In this document: piece by piece, positions 22,151 to 31,170 of the stretch
Layout: each line of letters begins with the position of its first letter
How positions within the stretch are numbered: the first letter of the stretch is position 1
Source of the DNA: Dehalococcoidia bacterium
GTDB lineage: Bacteria > Chloroflexota > Dehalococcoidia > UBA2979
DNA length: 64,000 nt
Assembly: GCA_963667465.2 (NCBI GenBank)
Contig: CAXXDN010000002.1
Span: forward strand, 576,001-640,000
Reading direction: 5' to 3'
The notes under the pieces: model-generated
Seen by the model: only the letters and a program-made list of their open reading frames with translations
Database searches by the model: none
What the model was told of the DNA's origin: nothing
Position numbers and translations under genes: made by a program

Positions 22151-22412
22151 TTGATCGCTGCGCTTGGCGCCGCTACGTGCCTGGCGTTCGCCACCGTGGT
22201 GACCGTTCCCCGCGCCGCCCATGCGGATCACCCTGCCGAAGTCACGCCGCATCTCAACGTGCTCCTTCAACACACGGCTGACGGCCCGCGTGGTCGCGCG
22301 CAACCCGATCGAGCACACGGAGCCGCGTGGCGGGAAGATCAAGGTTTGCAGCGTGGCCCGCTACACGGGACCAGTCCAGGAGGCCAGGCCGAGGCAACCA
22401 CGATCGGTGTAG
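22151..22412 (+). pseudogene. Truncated and frameshifted secreted partner, copy B2
   Basis: Same as B1 but with a 47-bp deletion between GCTGACGGCC microhomologies. Confidence 0.7.
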
Positions 22413-22475
22413 ATTGCTGGAAGCACAGAGTCGGGCGGGCAGCATGCGAGCAATGCCCTGACGCACCTGCGAACG

Positions 22476-23255
22476 ATGGCGAGGCGGCTTGCGCTGGCGC
22501 GCCGGGCGTGGCTGCTCGCCGCGCTCAGCGTCGTCGTCTCGCTCGCCGTCGTCGGCGGCCTCTGGCTGAGCTTCGGCAGCGGCGGCGGCGCCGCTCACAC
22601 CGTTGCCACGGTTGGGGAGAGCAGGCCGCTCAGCCTGATCGTCGTCTCCAACGGCGCGCACGACTCGCTGCTCCTTGAGTGGAGCGGCGGGCCCGCGGAC
22701 GCGACGGGCTGGCAGTACCGCCAGCGCCACTGGACGCGCGAGGGACAGATCTTCTCTTGGACGGCTTGGACCGACATTCCCGGCGGCACGAACATTCGCA
22801 GCTACCGGGTGTCGGGATTGAGCGAACGCAGCTCCTACGAGTACCAGCTGCGCGCAGTCGTGGGCACGACCCCGGGCGCGGAATCCGAGCCGCCCGGACG
22901 GGGCGGCACGCAGGCGCAGGGCGCCGAGGTCTACGACATCTACCTCAGCCGCGTCGTCGAGGGCGACGGGCGTTCGCGGTGGCAGGTGGTCGACTTTACG
23001 ATCGTCATTCCCGACGGCGTGCGCCTCAAGGCCCATGGGTCCGTGATCGCGTCGGACTCCGGGAACTTGACGCCGGTCTACGTCGCCGACGGCAGCGGCG
23101 GCGTCGCGTTCGATCGAACGGGTCGCGTGTACAGCCGCTACCCGGAGGCCGCCTCGCCTACCAGCGGCGCCGCCACCGCCATCAGCGGCGCCAGCACGAG
23201 CGACGCCGCTACGCTGATCGACCAGATCGTCAAGTCGGTGCAGAAGTACCCCTGA
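22476..23255 (+). CDS. Membrane-anchored FN3 domain protein, copy A3 (more divergent)
   Basis: Same N-terminal ~65 aa; YRVSGLSERSSYEYQLRAV; VVEGDGRSRW; DQIVKSV C-terminus. Confidence 0.82.
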   Translation: MARRLALARRAWLLAALSVVVSLAVVGGLWLSFGSGGGAAHTVATVGESRPLSLIVVSNGAHDSLLLEWSGGPADATGWQYRQRHWTREGQIFSWTAWTDIPGGTNIRSYRVSGLSERSSYEYQLRAVVGTTPGAESEPPGRGGTQAQGAEVYDIYLSRVVEGDGRSRWQVVDFTIVIPDGVRLKAHGSVIASDSGNLTPVYVADGSGGVAFDRTGRVYSRYPEAASPTSGAATAISGASTSDAATLIDQIVKSVQKYP

Positions 23256-24100
23256 GACTCCTCGCAGCCGGGCTGAGCACACTGCTGCTGGCCGCGCTCG
23301 CGGTCACGACGGCGCTCCCGGACGGAGCCCGGGCTGAGCATCAAACACCCGTCACCCGGGATCTCAAGCTCGTGCTGGACGGTTACCGGCAGGCAGACGG
23401 CTTCGGAACTCGCCGCGATGTCCGGGACGACGAGGAGCGGGTCGATATGGTCTCCCTGAACCCGACTGCGATCGGGCTGAAGGACCCCAGCGACAGCAGC
23501 AAGCGCAAGTGGCGCATCCCGGTCTGCGGCGACTCCCGGTACAAGACCGAACTCACGGCCGCGGTCAACGTCTGGAATCGCGGCGCGGGCGTGCCGATCT
23601 TCGAGGTGCTGAACGCATCGCCGGCCGTCACCTACGACGGGATGGGCAAGATCGACACGGTCACCTCGGCGGGCTGCCCCGCAACTGCCGAGCCGGAGAG
23701 CGGGGAGGAAAAGTACGTCGCGAGCGTCGTCGTGCTGAAAAAAGCATGGAGCACAGTGCTGAGCGGCTACAACAACGACCCGGACCGCGGGCCTGTGGGT
23801 CACTGGGGGTACAGCTGGGCCAGGTGGGTACGCGCGGGGACGGTCATGGGCAGTGGCTCAGGCGAGCAGGCGGCAGCCGAGCCTGCTGCGTTGGGGGACG
23901 CGAGATCGAAGGCGGCCGGTTCGCTGTCGGGCATCTCGTACAGCACGTCGAAGATCACGGGGACGGTGGTCACCGTCACAGCCACAGCCGGCTACACGTG
24001 GCTGCAGTACCGTGGGCAGGAGGCCGCTGCACAGTCTGGAGTCGGCGTCGGCACCGCTGACGAATCCGCTATCCCGGCCCACGAGCCGGAACCGGAATAG
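23252..24100 (+). CDS. Secreted partner protein, copy B3 (longest; possibly internally deleted); start uncertain (CTG overlapping the A3 stop)
   Basis: Signal peptide ending ARA; VC..RY..ELTAAVNVWN segment reminiscent of metzincin N-terminal regions, but no HExxH. Confidence 0.6.
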   Translation: MRLLAAGLSTLLLAALAVTTALPDGARAEHQTPVTRDLKLVLDGYRQADGFGTRRDVRDDEERVDMVSLNPTAIGLKDPSDSSKRKWRIPVCGDSRYKTELTAAVNVWNRGAGVPIFEVLNASPAVTYDGMGKIDTVTSAGCPATAEPESGEEKYVASVVVLKKAWSTVLSGYNNDPDRGPVGHWGYSWARWVRAGTVMGSGSGEQAAAEPAALGDARSKAAGSLSGISYSTSKITGTVVTVTATAGYTWLQYRGQEAAAQSGVGVGTADESAIPAHEPEPE

Positions 24101-24157
24101 CGCTCGGTGCGGCTGCATCCCAGGGCGGAACCTCAAGGCGAAGGTTCTCGAGTTTGT

Positions 24158-24231
24158 CAAGCGATACTGGATTCGAACCAGTGACCTCAGCGATGTCAAC
24201 GCTGCGCTCTAGCCATCTGAGCTAACCGCCC
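24158..24231 (-). tRNA. tRNA-Val(GAC) with aberrant 3' end
   Basis: Cloverleaf GGGCGGT TA GCTC..GAGC G CAGCG TTGACAT CGCTG AGGTC ACTGG TTCGAAT CCAGT ATCGCTT G. Confidence 0.88.
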
Positions 24232-24335
24232 GCGCCGGCCAGACGCCGGGAATCGAGCCTAGCCCCGCTGCTCGCGGGGCGTCAACGCTCGCCGCCGGGC
24301 GGATGCGGCTGGCGTCAGTTCCTGTATTCTGGAGT

Positions 24336-24410
24336 GGGCCTCTAGCTCAATGGCAGAGCAGCTGACTCTTAATCAGCCGGTTCAGGGTTCGAATCCCTGG
24401 GGGCTCACCA
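24336..24410 (+). tRNA. tRNA-Lys(CTT)
   Basis: Cloverleaf with anticodon loop CTCTTAA, GGTTCGAATCC and encoded CCA. Confidence 0.96.
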
Positions 24411-24583
24411 GGCTTTCCGTCCCCGCTGCCACAATGCGCAACCCCCAACAGGGCGGTTACGGGCTATAGTGAGGCGTCGCTTCCTCGGAGGACGCGGCGA
24501 GCAAGCCGACAGCGGCGGCGCGGATGGTCTATAATCCCGCGCCGTCAGGCGGTGGGGAGACAAGCTCAGGGGACAGCGTCTAC

Positions 24584-24668
24584 GGGGAAGTGTCGGAACT
24601 GGTAGACGAGCATGATTTAGGATCATGTGCCGCGAGGCGTAGGAGTTCGAGTCTCCTCTTCCCCACCA
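24584..24668 (+). tRNA. tRNA-Leu(TAG)
   Basis: CATGA TTTAGGA TCATG anticodon arm, long variable arm and encoded CCA; TATAAT at ~24530 upstream. Confidence 0.96.
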
Positions 24669-24715
24669 TCGGAACCCGCGGGACGGGTTTCCACTTCTCC
24701 GGACGGAGGGGAACT

Positions 24716-25729
24716 TTGGCGAAGCTGCTCGAGATCAACAATCTGCGGACGTACTTCTACACGGAGGAAGGCGTCGTCCGCGCCGTCGATGGGGTCTCCT
24801 GGGACCTCGACGAAGGCGAGACCCTCGGGCTCGTCGGGGAGTCCGGCTGCGGAAAGTCCGTCTCCGCGCTCTCGATCCTGCGGCTGATTCCGCGCCCGCC
24901 GGGCCGAATCGTCGACGGCGAGATCCTGTTCGAGGGCGAGAACCTGCTGGAGGTCTCGGACGCGGAAATGCGCTCCATCCGGGGCAACCGCATCGCCATG
25001 ATCTTCCAGGAGCCGATGACCTCGCTGAACCCGGTGCTCACTATCGGCAACCAGCTAACCGAGGCGATCACGCTGCACCTCGGACTGGAGAAGTCCGACT
25101 CGCGCGCGCGCGCCGTGGAGCTGCTGGAGCTGGTCGGCATCCCGGAGGCGGCGAACCGCCTCGATGACTATCCGCACCAGTTCTCGGGCGGCATGCGCCA
25201 GCGTGTGATGATCGCGATGGCGCTGTCCTGCAACCCGAAGCTGCTGCTGGCCGATGAGCCGACGACCGCCCTCGACGTCACGATCCAGGCGCAGATCCTG
25301 GAGCTGATGGCGCAGCTCTCGAAGGACCTCGGCACAGCCGTGGTGATCATCACGCACAACCTCGGCGTCGTCTCGCGCTACGCCGACCGGGTGAACGTGA
25401 TGTACGCGGGCAAGATTGTCGAGTCCGGCTCGACGTTCGACATCTTCAAGGACCCGCGCCACCCCTACACCGTGGGCCTGATGAACTCGGTGCCGCGCCT
25501 CGACGAGACCGAGCACGTCCGGCTCGACGCGATCGAGGGCCAGCCGCCGCTGCTGATCGACCCGATCCCGGGTTGCCCCTTCGAGCCGCGTTGCGACTGG
25601 GCGATCGACAAGTGCGTGACGGACCACCCGCCGCTCGAGCTGAAGGAAGAGGCGCACTGGTCTGCTTGCTGGCGCGACCCGCAGCAGGACGAACGCACGC
25701 GCAGCACCGAGACCGCGGACATCAGCTAG
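24716..25729 (+). CDS. oppD: Oligopeptide/dipeptide ABC transporter ATP-binding protein (OppD/DppD)
   Basis: [27 protein letters not shown]-terminal GCPFEPRC; TTG start after GGAGG. Confidence 0.93.
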   Translation: MAKLLEINNLRTYFYTEEGVVRAVDGVSWDLDEGETLGLVGESGCGKSVSALSILRLIPRPPGRIVDGEILFEGENLLEVSDAEMRSIRGNRIAMIFQEPMTSLNPVLTIGNQLTEAITLHLGLEKSDSRARAVELLELVGIPEAANRLDDYPHQFSGGMRQRVMIAMALSCNPKLLLADEPTTALDVTIQAQILELMAQLSKDLGTAVVIITHNLGVVSRYADRVNVMYAGKIVESGSTFDIFKDPRHPYTVGLMNSVPRLDETEHVRLDAIEGQPPLLIDPIPGCPFEPRCDWAIDKCVTDHPPLELKEEAHWSACWRDPQQDERTRSTETADIS

Positions 25730-25756
25730 GCCCGCAGGCCGGACGGGAACACGCTC

Positions 25757-26773
25757 ATGACCACAGACGCCGCCACGATGACGGAAACGGGCAACGGCCA
25801 CGCCAAGAACCTTGTCGAGGTCGACGCGCTGAAGATGTACTTCCCGGTGACCTCCGGGATCCTCTTCCAGCGCAAGGTCGCCGACGTCAAGGCTGTCGAC
25901 GGCATCTCGTTCTTCGTCCGCGAGGGCGAGACGCTCGGACTCGTTGGTGAGTCCGGCTGCGGGAAGTCGACCACCGGCCGGGCGATTCTGCAGCTCTACC
26001 GCCCGACGGAGGGGACGGTCACCTTCGACGGCACCGTCCTCAACGACGTGAAGGGCCGCTCGCTGCGCGCCTTCCGCCGCCGCATGCAGATGATCTTCCA
26101 GGACCCCTACTCGTCGCTGAACCCGCGTATGAGCGTCTCCAGCATCATCTCCGAGCCGATGGTGATCCACGGCCTCTACAAGGGGCGGGAGCGCCAGGAG
26201 CGCGTCGAGTACCTGCTGGAGGAGGTGGGCCTCAACCCCTACTTCGCGAAGCGCTACCCGCACGAGTTCTCCGGTGGTCAGCGCCAGCGCATCGGCGTAG
26301 CGCGGGCGCTCGCGGTGGAGCCTGAGTTCATCGTCCTCGACGAGCCGGTCTCCGCCCTCGATGTCTCGATTCAGGCGCAGATCATCAACCTGCTGGAGGA
26401 TCTGCAGAACGAGTTCAACCTCACCTACCTGTTCATCGCCCACGACCTGGCGGTCGTGCGACACATCTCCGACCGCGTGGCCGTGATGTACCTCGGGCGC
26501 ATCATGGAGCTTGCCGACCGCAACGAGCTCTACGAGAACCCGCTGCACCCGTACACGAGGGCGCTGCTCTCCGCCGTGCCGATCACCGACCCGGAGGTGG
26601 AACGCTCGCGCGAGCGCATCATCCTCGTCGGCGACGTGCCGTCGCCGGTGCGGCCGCCTCCCGGCTGCGTGTTCAACACGCGCTGCCCGATCGTGGTCGA
26701 CGAGTGCCGCGAGCGGATCCCCGAGTGGCGCGAGGTCGAGCGGGACCACTGGGTGGCCTGCCACCGCGTCTAG
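25757..26773 (+). CDS. oppF: Oligopeptide/dipeptide ABC transporter ATP-binding protein (OppF/DppF)
   Basis: [40 protein letters not shown]. Confidence 0.93.
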   Translation: MTTDAATMTETGNGHAKNLVEVDALKMYFPVTSGILFQRKVADVKAVDGISFFVREGETLGLVGESGCGKSTTGRAILQLYRPTEGTVTFDGTVLNDVKGRSLRAFRRRMQMIFQDPYSSLNPRMSVSSIISEPMVIHGLYKGRERQERVEYLLEEVGLNPYFAKRYPHEFSGGQRQRIGVARALAVEPEFIVLDEPVSALDVSIQAQIINLLEDLQNEFNLTYLFIAHDLAVVRHISDRVAVMYLGRIMELADRNELYENPLHPYTRALLSAVPITDPEVERSRERIILVGDVPSPVRPPPGCVFNTRCPIVVDECRERIPEWREVERDHWVACHRV

Positions 26774-26796
26774 CGGCCTCATCCGGGTACGCAACC

Positions 26797-26824
26797 AACG
26801 AGGGCGGGTCTCCCCGCCCTCGTT
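26797..26824. terminator. Perfect 12-bp stem hairpin after oppF, likely terminator
   Basis: AACGAGGGCGGG-TCTC-CCCGCCCTCGTT. Confidence 0.7.
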
Positions 26825-26893
26825 CACGTCCAGAATGTGCCGAGGATCGGCGCCCGCGTGCGCCTGCGGGCGTCACACGGCTACGATGATCGC

Positions 26894-28705
26894 GTGCAGC
26901 ACATCCGCAACTTCTCGATCATCGCTCACATCGACCACGGCAAGTCGACGCTCGCCGACCGCATGCTGGAGCACACCGGCGCCGTCTCCGACCGCGAGAT
27001 GCGCGAGCAACTGCTCGACCAGATGGACCTCGAGCGCGAGAAGGGCATCACGATCAAGGCGCAGGCCGTGCGCATGCACTACCGCGCTGCCGCCGGCGCC
27101 GACTACGAACTGAACCTGATCGACACCCCCGGCCACGTCGACTTCGCCTACGAGGTCTCGCGCGCCCTCGCCGCCTGCGAGGGCGCCGTGCTGGTCGTCG
27201 ACGCTGCGCAGGGCATCCAGGCGCAGACGCTGGCCAACGTCTATGCCGCGCTCGACCTCGACCTCGCGCTGATCCCCGTGGTCAACAAGATCGATCTCCC
27301 CGCCGCCGACCCCGATCGCGTCGCCCGCGAGTTGGTCGACGTCGTGGGCTTCGATCGCGACCAGGTGCTGTACGCCTCGGCCAAGAGCGGCGAGGGCATC
27401 GAGGCGATCCTCGAGGCGATCGTCGAACACGTCCCCGCGCCGGAGGGAGACCCGGAGGCCGCTCCGCGCGCGCTCGTCTTCGACTCCAAGTACGACGCTT
27501 ACAAGGGTGTGCTCGCCTACGTGCGCGTGGTGGACGGATCGCTGGCTGCGGGGCAGCGGTTGCGCCTGATGCAGCAGGGCACGCGCTTCGAGCCGCTGGA
27601 TGTCGGCGCCTTCCGCCCGGAGCTCGATGTCCAGCCGCGCCTCGAGGCGGGGCAGGTCGGCTACCTCGCGACGGGCCTCAAGAGCGTCCACCAGAGTCGC
27701 GTCGGCGACACGGTCACCCTCGAGCGTCGCGGCGCCGAGGAGCCGCTGCCCGGCTACCGCCCGGCCAAGCCGATGGTCTTCGCCGGCATCTACCCGACCG
27801 ACCCCAATGAGTACGAGGAGCTGCGTTCCGCCTTCGAGCGGCTGAGCCTCAACGACGCCTCGCTGGTCTGGCAGCCGGAGAGCTCGGCGGCGCTCGGCTT
27901 CGGCTTCCGCGCGGGCTTCCTCGGGCTGCTGCACATGGAGATCGTGCAGGAGCGGCTGGAGCGCGAGTTCGGCCTCGATCTGGTCGCCACCGCCCCCTCG
28001 GTGGAGTACGAGGTCACGCGTTCGGATGGCCGCGAGCTGGTCGTGGACAGCCCCGCTGACCTGCCGCCGCCCAACGAGATTCGCGAGGTTCGCGAGCCGT
28101 GGGTGCGCCTCGCGATCACCGTGCCCTCGCGCTACCTCGGAGCAGTCATGGAACTGGTGACGGCCCGGCGCGGGCGGCACCAGCGGCTGGAGTACCTCGA
28201 TCATGGCGTCGCCGAGGGCGACGCGCGCGTGCTCGTCGAGTTCCTCTGCCCGCTCTCCGAGATCCTCGTCGACTTCTACGACCAGCTGAAGTCGCGCACC
28301 CAGGGCTACGCCTCGCTCGACTACCAGATCGAGGGCTTCGAGCCGGCGAAGGTGCTGCGGCTCGACATCCTCGTCAACGGCGAGCCGGTCGACGCACTTT
28401 CGACGATCGTGCAGTCGGAAGGCGCGGCGGCGAAGGGGCGGCAACTGACGGCGGCGTTGAAGGAGCTGATTCCTCGCCAGCTCTTCGCCGTGCCGATCCA
28501 GGCCGCTGTCGGCGGCCGCATCGTCGCGCGCGAGACGGTGCGGGCGATGCGCAAGAACGTGCTCGCGAAGTGCTACGGCGGCGACGTCACGCGCAAGCGC
28601 AAACTGCTGGAGCGCCAGAAGGCGGGCAAGAAGCGCATGAAGATGCTTGGCGCCGTCGAGGTCCCGCAGGAGGCCTTCATGGCGGTGCTCAAGCTGCGGG
28701 AGTGA
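26894..28705 (+). CDS. lepA: Elongation factor 4 (LepA)
   Basis: [48 protein letters not shown]; GTG start 6 nt after TACGAT. Confidence 0.97.
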   Translation: MQHIRNFSIIAHIDHGKSTLADRMLEHTGAVSDREMREQLLDQMDLEREKGITIKAQAVRMHYRAAAGADYELNLIDTPGHVDFAYEVSRALAACEGAVLVVDAAQGIQAQTLANVYAALDLDLALIPVVNKIDLPAADPDRVARELVDVVGFDRDQVLYASAKSGEGIEAILEAIVEHVPAPEGDPEAAPRALVFDSKYDAYKGVLAYVRVVDGSLAAGQRLRLMQQGTRFEPLDVGAFRPELDVQPRLEAGQVGYLATGLKSVHQSRVGDTVTLERRGAEEPLPGYRPAKPMVFAGIYPTDPNEYEELRSAFERLSLNDASLVWQPESSAALGFGFRAGFLGLLHMEIVQERLEREFGLDLVATAPSVEYEVTRSDGRELVVDSPADLPPPNEIREVREPWVRLAITVPSRYLGAVMELVTARRGRHQRLEYLDHGVAEGDARVLVEFLCPLSEILVDFYDQLKSRTQGYASLDYQIEGFEPAKVLRLDILVNGEPVDALSTIVQSEGAAAKGRQLTAALKELIPRQLFAVPIQAAVGGRIVARETVRAMRKNVLAKCYGGDVTRKRKLLERQKAGKKRMKMLGAVEVPQEAFMAVLKLRE

Positions 28706-28715
28706 GCGCGGGCGC

Positions 28716-28751
28716 TTGCAGAATGCTGGCAGTGCTGGCAAAATGCTGGCA
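28716..28751 (+). promoter_or_regulatory. TA promoter with three TGCTGGCA direct repeats (probable operator)
   Basis: TTGCAG-17-CAAAAT overlapped by TGCTGGCA at 28724, 28733 and 28744. Confidence 0.6.
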
Positions 28752-28753
28752 CA

Positions 28754-28987
28754 ATGGTGCAGATCACCATCCGAAACGTCTCCGAAGAGATGCGCGCCGT
28801 GCTGAAGGCACGCGCCGCGCGCCGCCGCCAGTCGATGCAGGAGTACCTGCTCGGTGAACTGGAACGGATCACCTCGAAGCCCTCGGTCGAGGAGTTGATG
28901 GCCGAGGTGCGCGCCGAGAAGGAAGCCGACCCGGTGTATATCGGCACGGAGACCATCCTGCGACACCGGGATGCGGATCGGAAGTGA
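28754..28987 (+). CDS. FitA/VapB-like ribbon-helix-helix antitoxin
   Basis: MVQITIRNV..LKARAA...SMQEYL; overlaps the PIN gene (GTGA). Confidence 0.87.
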   Translation: MVQITIRNVSEEMRAVLKARAARRRQSMQEYLLGELERITSKPSVEELMAEVRAEKEADPVYIGTETILRHRDADRK

Positions 28988-29379
28988 CGCTGGTTGTTGA
29001 CGCATCCGCACTGGTTGCCGCACTGATCGAGTCAAGTCCGGAGGGCAGGTGGTTGGAGGGCACGCTCGTGTCCGACGACCTTGCTGCGCCTGAGTTCGCA
29101 TTGGCCGAGTCCACGAACATCTTTCGCCAGTTGGAGCTGTCGGGCGGTATATCGCGCGCGAGAGCCGAGCGCGGTCGGCGCAACCTGCTTCGGCTGCGCC
29201 TCCAGCTCTACGGCTTCGCACCCTTCGCTGATCGCGTGTGGGAGTTGCGGCACAACCTGACTGCGTACGACGCCTGGTACGTCGCACTCGCCGAGTCGCT
29301 CGACTGTCCGCTGGTGACGCTCGACCTCCGCCTCAGCCGCGCCAGCGGCCCCACCTGCGAGATGCTCACGCCGCCCTGA
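28984..29379 (+). CDS. vapC: VapC family PIN-domain toxin
   Basis: VVDASA, LTAYDAWYVALAE, LVTLD. Confidence 0.92.
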   Translation: MTLVVDASALVAALIESSPEGRWLEGTLVSDDLAAPEFALAESTNIFRQLELSGGISRARAERGRRNLLRLRLQLYGFAPFADRVWELRHNLTAYDAWYVALAESLDCPLVTLDLRLSRASGPTCEMLTPP

Positions 29380-29457
29380 CGCTTGCGACCCCTCTCCCCT
29401 GCCTCGCCCGCCCCGGAGCGCGCACGTACGATACGTGCGCGTTGGGAGGTCGCCGCC

Positions 29458-30651
29458 ATGTCAGAGCAGGTCGTCGCGCCGCGCATCCGCGGCTTCATCT
29501 CGCTGACCGCCCATCCCGAGGGCTGCGCCGCCAACGTGCGCGGGCAGATCGAGGTCGCCCGCGCGGCCGCCGAGGGCGCTCCCGCGCTCGGGCCTGCCCT
29601 CGTGATTGGGTCGAGCACCGGCTACGGGCTCGCCAGCCTGCTCTCCGCCTGTTTCGGCTATGGCGCGCCGTCCGTCGGCGTCTGCCTCGAGCGGCCCTCG
29701 GAAGACGACAAGCCCGCCAGCGCCGGCTGGTACAACCTCGCCGAGGCGCACCGCATCGCCGCCGCCGAGGGCCGCACGCTGCGCACCGTCAACGCCGATG
29801 CCTTCTCCAGCGAGGCCAGGGAACAGGTCGCCGCCGAGCTGCGCGCCATGCGCGGGCAGGTCGAGTTGCTCGTCTACAGCCTCGCCGCGCCGCTGCGCCG
29901 CGACGCCGACACGGACGAGGTCTGGCGCAGCACGCTCAAGCCGATCGGCCAGGACTGGACGGGAAAAAGCATCGACCTGCGCCGCAACCGCGTGACCGAG
30001 GCGACGATCGAGGCGGCGAACGAAGAGGAGATCGCGGCGACGGTGAAGGTGATGGGCGGCGAGGACTGGGCGGAGTGGGTGCGCTGGCTCGGCGCCGAGG
30101 GCCTGATCGCCGACAACTGCCGCAGTGTCGCCTACAGCTACGTTGGCCCCGAGGCCACGCACGCCATCTACCGTGCGGGCACGATCGGGCGCGCCAAGGA
30201 AGACCTCGAGGCGACCGCTCGCGAGCTGCACGCGCAGCTCGCGCCGGGCGGCGGCGGAGTCTGGGTGAGCATCAACAAGGGCATCGTCACGCAGGCCTCG
30301 GCGGCGATTCCCGGCGTCGCCCTCTACATGAGCGTGCTCTTCGCCGTGATGAAGGAGCAGGGCACGCACGAGGGCCCGATCGAGCAGATCGCGCGCATGA
30401 TGCGCGACCACCTCGGACCCGGAGCCACGCCCAGCACCGACGACGAGGGCCGCATCCGCCTCGACGACCTGGAGATGACGCCCGCGGTGCAGTCAGAGGT
30501 CGCGCGCCGCATGGCCGCGATCGACACGGACTCGCTCGGCGAGCTGAGCGACTACGCCGGCTGGCAGCGCTACTTCCAGCAGCTCTTCGGCTTCGGCCTC
30601 GAGGGCATCGACTACGCCGCGCCGACCGAGGTGGACCGCCTGCTCGTGTAG
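29458..30651 (+). CDS. fabV: Enoyl-ACP reductase FabV / trans-2-enoyl-CoA reductase
   Basis: PRIRGFI..AHPEGC, IGSSTGYGLAS, YSLAAP, VKVMGGEDW, VTQASAAIP, LFGF. Confidence 0.93.
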   Translation: MSEQVVAPRIRGFISLTAHPEGCAANVRGQIEVARAAAEGAPALGPALVIGSSTGYGLASLLSACFGYGAPSVGVCLERPSEDDKPASAGWYNLAEAHRIAAAEGRTLRTVNADAFSSEAREQVAAELRAMRGQVELLVYSLAAPLRRDADTDEVWRSTLKPIGQDWTGKSIDLRRNRVTEATIEAANEEEIAATVKVMGGEDWAEWVRWLGAEGLIADNCRSVAYSYVGPEATHAIYRAGTIGRAKEDLEATARELHAQLAPGGGGVWVSINKGIVTQASAAIPGVALYMSVLFAVMKEQGTHEGPIEQIARMMRDHLGPGATPSTDDEGRIRLDDLEMTPAVQSEVARRMAAIDTDSLGELSDYAGWQRYFQQLFGFGLEGIDYAAPTEVDRLLV

Positions 30652-30746
30652 CGGCCTCGAAGCGTTCGTTGCCATCGGGGCTTGGGTGCGCCCTCGCTGG
30701 TCGCGCTGGCGCGCGGCGCCCCCGCACCCCCGCCCTCTCCGGCGAG

Positions 30747-30902
30747 GAGACTCTTGCGCAACCTGGCTGCAGGCGTCCCTCTCCTCATTCGCGCGAAAAC
30801 GGGAATCCAGCCCTCTCGCGCGCTCTCCCAGGCGTGCTGGATTCCGGCTTCCGCCGGAATGACGGGAGGGGGAGCCGGAATGGCCGGTTCTGCAACGGTC
30901 TC
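30747..30902. mobile_element. Putative MITE with IS5/IS1182-like ends carrying an internal REP-like palindrome
   Basis: Imperfect 17-bp TIRs GAGACTCTTGCGCAACC / GGTTCTGCAACGGTCTC; internal TCATTC..GGAATCCAG...CTGGATTCC..GGAATGAC; nested within CCCTCTCC...GGGAGAGGG. Confidence 0.55.
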
Positions 30903-31170
30903 CCGACGGGAGAGGGGGCGGTCCGGGTGCGAACGTTGAGTGCGCCCTCGATGGTTCCGAGGGGGGCGTGGGGGCGAAGCCCCCACAGGAAGAAAATCCG
31001 AGGGCGGGTGGGTGGGCCGAGCCGCGCGGAGCGCGCTCGTCCGGGATGGGGGCGTGGGGGGCGCAGCCCCCTACAAGAGGACGCGCGCTTGCTCGGTGCC
31101 CCTCGGACCCTTCGGCGTGATCGAGCGCCGCCAAGAGCTGCAAAAGGGTCTCCCGAGGGCAAGGGACAGC

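Larger units (their letters stand above)
19991..22700 (+). repeat. Tandem ~1.2-kb direct repeat units (starts 19991, 21220, 22384)
   Basis: Shared cca(c/g)gccgaggcaaccac...gcaatgccctgacgcacctgcgaacgATG leader and near-identical 5' gene halves; spacing 1229 and 1164 bp. Confidence 0.92.

Noticed and set aside
22679-23251. Upstream part of the 473-aa ORF 22679-24100
   Set aside because: Alternate frame of FN3 gene A3; protein-like sequence with a signal peptide begins only at ~23252
19991-23255. FN3 array as a diversity-generating retroelement
   Set aside because: No reverse transcriptase in the window, and the differences include indels and all base types rather than adenine-specific changes
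24524-24715. N-terminal extension of the oppD ORF
   Set aside because: Overlaps tRNA-Leu; the real start is TTG 24716 with a GGAGG SD
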